The translations under genes and the position numbers were made by a program. This document shows, piece by piece, positions 61,720-64,000 of a DNA stretch of 64,000 nucleotides (positions within the stretch are counted from its first letter, which is position 1; each line of letters begins with the position of its first letter). Source of the stretch: Phoronis australis (taxonomy: Eukaryota > Animalia > Phoronida); the NCBI GenBank assembly GCA_002633005.1, contig NMRA01000449.1, positions 124,001 through 188,000 on the forward strand, written 5' to 3'. The notes beneath the pieces were generated by a model. It had not been told where the DNA came from. It saw only the letters and a program-made list of their open reading frames with translations, and ran no database searches.

Positions 61720-62657
61720 ATGGGAGTTGGTGGTTGTCTATTTCTTGCTGTATGTGCTACCCTCGTTCTAAAAACAGAAGCTGATCCATACGATTGGATG
61801 GAACGTGACGTGTTTGATACCGTTATGGATAAGCTCAGTTCAGTGAATGGAAAGAACTGTAAAATAAAATCAAAGGCCGAACTGACACTCCCAGAGGGCT
61901 CGGTATCAATGCTACCGCGGTCCAATCAATTGCTGGACACGTCGACTAGAGTGTTTCACAACCGGACGTGCACCCTTGCGTTGCATGACCAAGTGTTAAG
62001 TCGATCTTATTACTACAGCATATTATACAAACTCAGTAACACTACAACCACGTTCTGGAAGCAGCCTGGTTGGGAGTACGAATACTTCAGACAAACAGGA
62101 TTTGTAAATGGGTTATCATGGTGTATAAATCGAACTGGCTTATATTTTGATTATTTCAAACACTATCCTAACTGGATACCGAAGATAGCGTTGAACAACA
62201 CCATCGAACTGTTCGCGCCTATCGCGTTCCGATACGATGACACCCGCACGGCATTCATGCGCGAAAATAGCAATATTGGTGTTCGAAACTGGGACATAGG
62301 TGTCGGATCGTGGAGGAATTATACCGACAAGGAGTACAATTCTAACCATTGGTATTCCGCTTGGCTTCCGGACAAAATGGTCGACGAAATGCTGAAGGGA
62401 TCGTACACTGTTGGAATAAAACAATCCGACATTCCAGGTAAATGGAAATCTAGTGTTTACGAATCCCACACGTTCTTTGGACCTCCGTTAACGCGTCTTC
62501 AAGACAACGTCAATGTTCCAGTGAAGTTCACGCTACCGTATTTCGATTGTGGTAAACGCAACAAGTGGATGGTCTCAGCTGTTGCGCCTATCGTCGATTT
62601 GTTGCCGCGATATAGAACCGACGAAGAGATCAAGGAATTCGGTGAAAGTAAGCCAAC
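61720..62657 (+). CDS. First coding exon of a secreted or membrane glycoprotein of the invertebrate GPR158/179-extracellular (Cache-like) domain family; the gene continues past the window
   Basis: 313-codon ORF with a signal peptide (MGVGGCLFLAVCATLVLKTEA), several NxT sequons, and the motifs YDWMERDVFD, NRT..LALHDQVLSRSYYYS, FAPIAFRYDD, WYSAWLPD, FFGPP, PVKFTLPYFDCGKRNKWMVSAVAPIVD. Donor AC|gtgagt at 62658 (alternative |gtaagc at 62648). Confidence 0.85.
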
Positions 62658-62939
62658 GTGAGTATATCTACATGTTTTGTTCTGCTATCATATACTCTCA
62701 CCACGTGGTCGCCGTTAGGCTCAGTGACGGAGCACTACCAAAATGAGTCGATTTAGCACTCTTTTTTACGTGTTGTTGCTTTGGATAGTCTGCTTGACGA
62801 TGGAACTATTATTTTCTTTCAGTGCATGGACAGTGTTAAACGTAGTTTGCCTAGAAACGTAGCCTTCCTTATAATTAGTAATTCATGGGGCATGAATCTT
62901 CCGATATCACCACCATTCTTTGGGTAGAGGTTACTGACT

Positions 62940-63513
62940 CTCGCTGGTTCCCTGCGTGCTTAGCCCAGCCAGCACGCAGGTATCACGCAGTGGCACGCGC
63001 TTTAGCATTGGTCGATGTAATCTTGGCAGTCATTGGTTAGCTTTACAACACCGTGAAAAAAATGGCAGACTGTGAATGATTTTAGCCTTGTCATGCAAGT
63101 GGCGTCGCAGCAACTATTTCGTTTGTGCAGTGATGTTTAATAGCCGCGTGCTTGAAGCACATACATGCACAGTAAACACATATTACGGTGTGTTATTCAT
63201 ACTGTTTAAGGACACTATCGTAAACAAAAGTCATCGACAGTAGAAAGATGCATTCCGAAAAGGCTCAATCACAATTTCTAGGCTTCACATTTCCTGAACA
63301 CAATTTTAAGCACCAGTTTGTCTGTACAACAGACCACATTTACACTTCAGTCCATCAGCCATGCCAGTTTGTTTGCGCAAAGCGCTGCCTGTTGACGAAT
63401 CGACTAGCCAATCAGAAACGCCTGTGTAAAAAAATTTACAGAGGATATTTAAGTGATACCTGCGTGCTGGCGCGGCTACCGCCCCACCTAGCGGCACGCA
63501 GGGAACCAGCGAG
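62940..63513. mobile_element. 574-bp TIR element with a 10-bp flanking duplication, in the intron of the + strand gene
   Basis: TIR CTCGCTGGTTCCCTGCGTGC..GCCAGCACGCAGGTATCAC and its inverse. GTTACTGACT occurs at 62930-62939 and 63514-63523. Confidence 0.85.
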
Positions 63514-63769
63514 GTTACTGACTTCGACGGTTCCGCAGGGTTAATTGGTCAAACATCTGATTGGTTTTCGAAAACGATGACTTCAGGATTGTAGACCAAT
63601 CAGATGTCTTACACTTTTGACTCGAGAGAACCGACTGTCAATCAAGTGCAGCCAATGTGATACGACTTGTCGCCAGGTGGTGATAAAGTAGTTGATAGTC
63701 AACGTTTTGCGTACGTGAGAGTGGAAGTAAATGTAATGCTTGCTAAAAATACGGGTACTTTGCGAGCAC

Positions 63770-63970
63770 TGACACGCCGTAAAATGTAACAATTTCAAAT
63801 GTAACAACTGTTACATTTTACGTCATTTTTACATTTTACGTTGCTAAGCCTCTCCTAAAATGTAACAAGTTGTTACATTTTATGTAGCTGTTACATTTCA
63901 CATCAAACGCATATGCAAGAAATGTACTATTGTTACATTTTACGAAATTGTTACATTTTACGGCGTATCA
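63770..63970. mobile_element. 201-bp TG...CA MITE with 6-bp TSD and internal TGTTACATTTTA repeats
   Basis: 27-bp TIR TGACACGCCGTAAAATGTAACAATTTC with 1 mismatch. GAGCAC occurs at 63764-63769 and 63971-63976. Confidence 0.9.
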
Positions 63971-64000
63971 GAGCACCATGTCGTCAAATTGACAATTTTG

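Overview
AT-rich, repeat-dense animal DNA, most likely from a marine invertebrate (possibly a lophotrochozoan); it is not prokaryotic. Almost all ORFs in the supplied track are spurious. Two genes are well supported. (1) A spliced SLC17/sialin-like MFS anion transporter on the minus strand, with nine frame-compatible GT-AG exons from 26852 to the stop at 12148, plus two tentative 5' exons (about 515 aa if both are used). (2) The long first coding exon (61720-~62657, +) of a signal-peptide protein resembling the invertebrate GPR158/179-type extracellular (Cache-like) family; it continues beyond the window. The rest is a mosaic of non-autonomous DNA transposons (TTAA/Kolobok-like, AT-flanked ISL2EU-like, P-like foldback, hAT-like, Tc1-like, Harbinger-like), tRNA-derived SINE heads, and decayed coding relics (two THAP fragments, a possible Sola3-type transposase, a possible EGF-TM-TIR receptor). 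The most notable details are a 36-bp hairpin with 17-bp arms and a 7-bp duplication that looks like a P-superfamily excision footprint, loss of the TM4 proton-sensing glutamates in the SLC17 protein, a cryptic two-exon ORF inside a putative transposon, and a ~300-bp repeat unit carrying co-oriented CTCF-like motifs. I found no evidence for a CRISPR, defence or other operon-type system. All family assignments are by eye and from memory, not from database searches.
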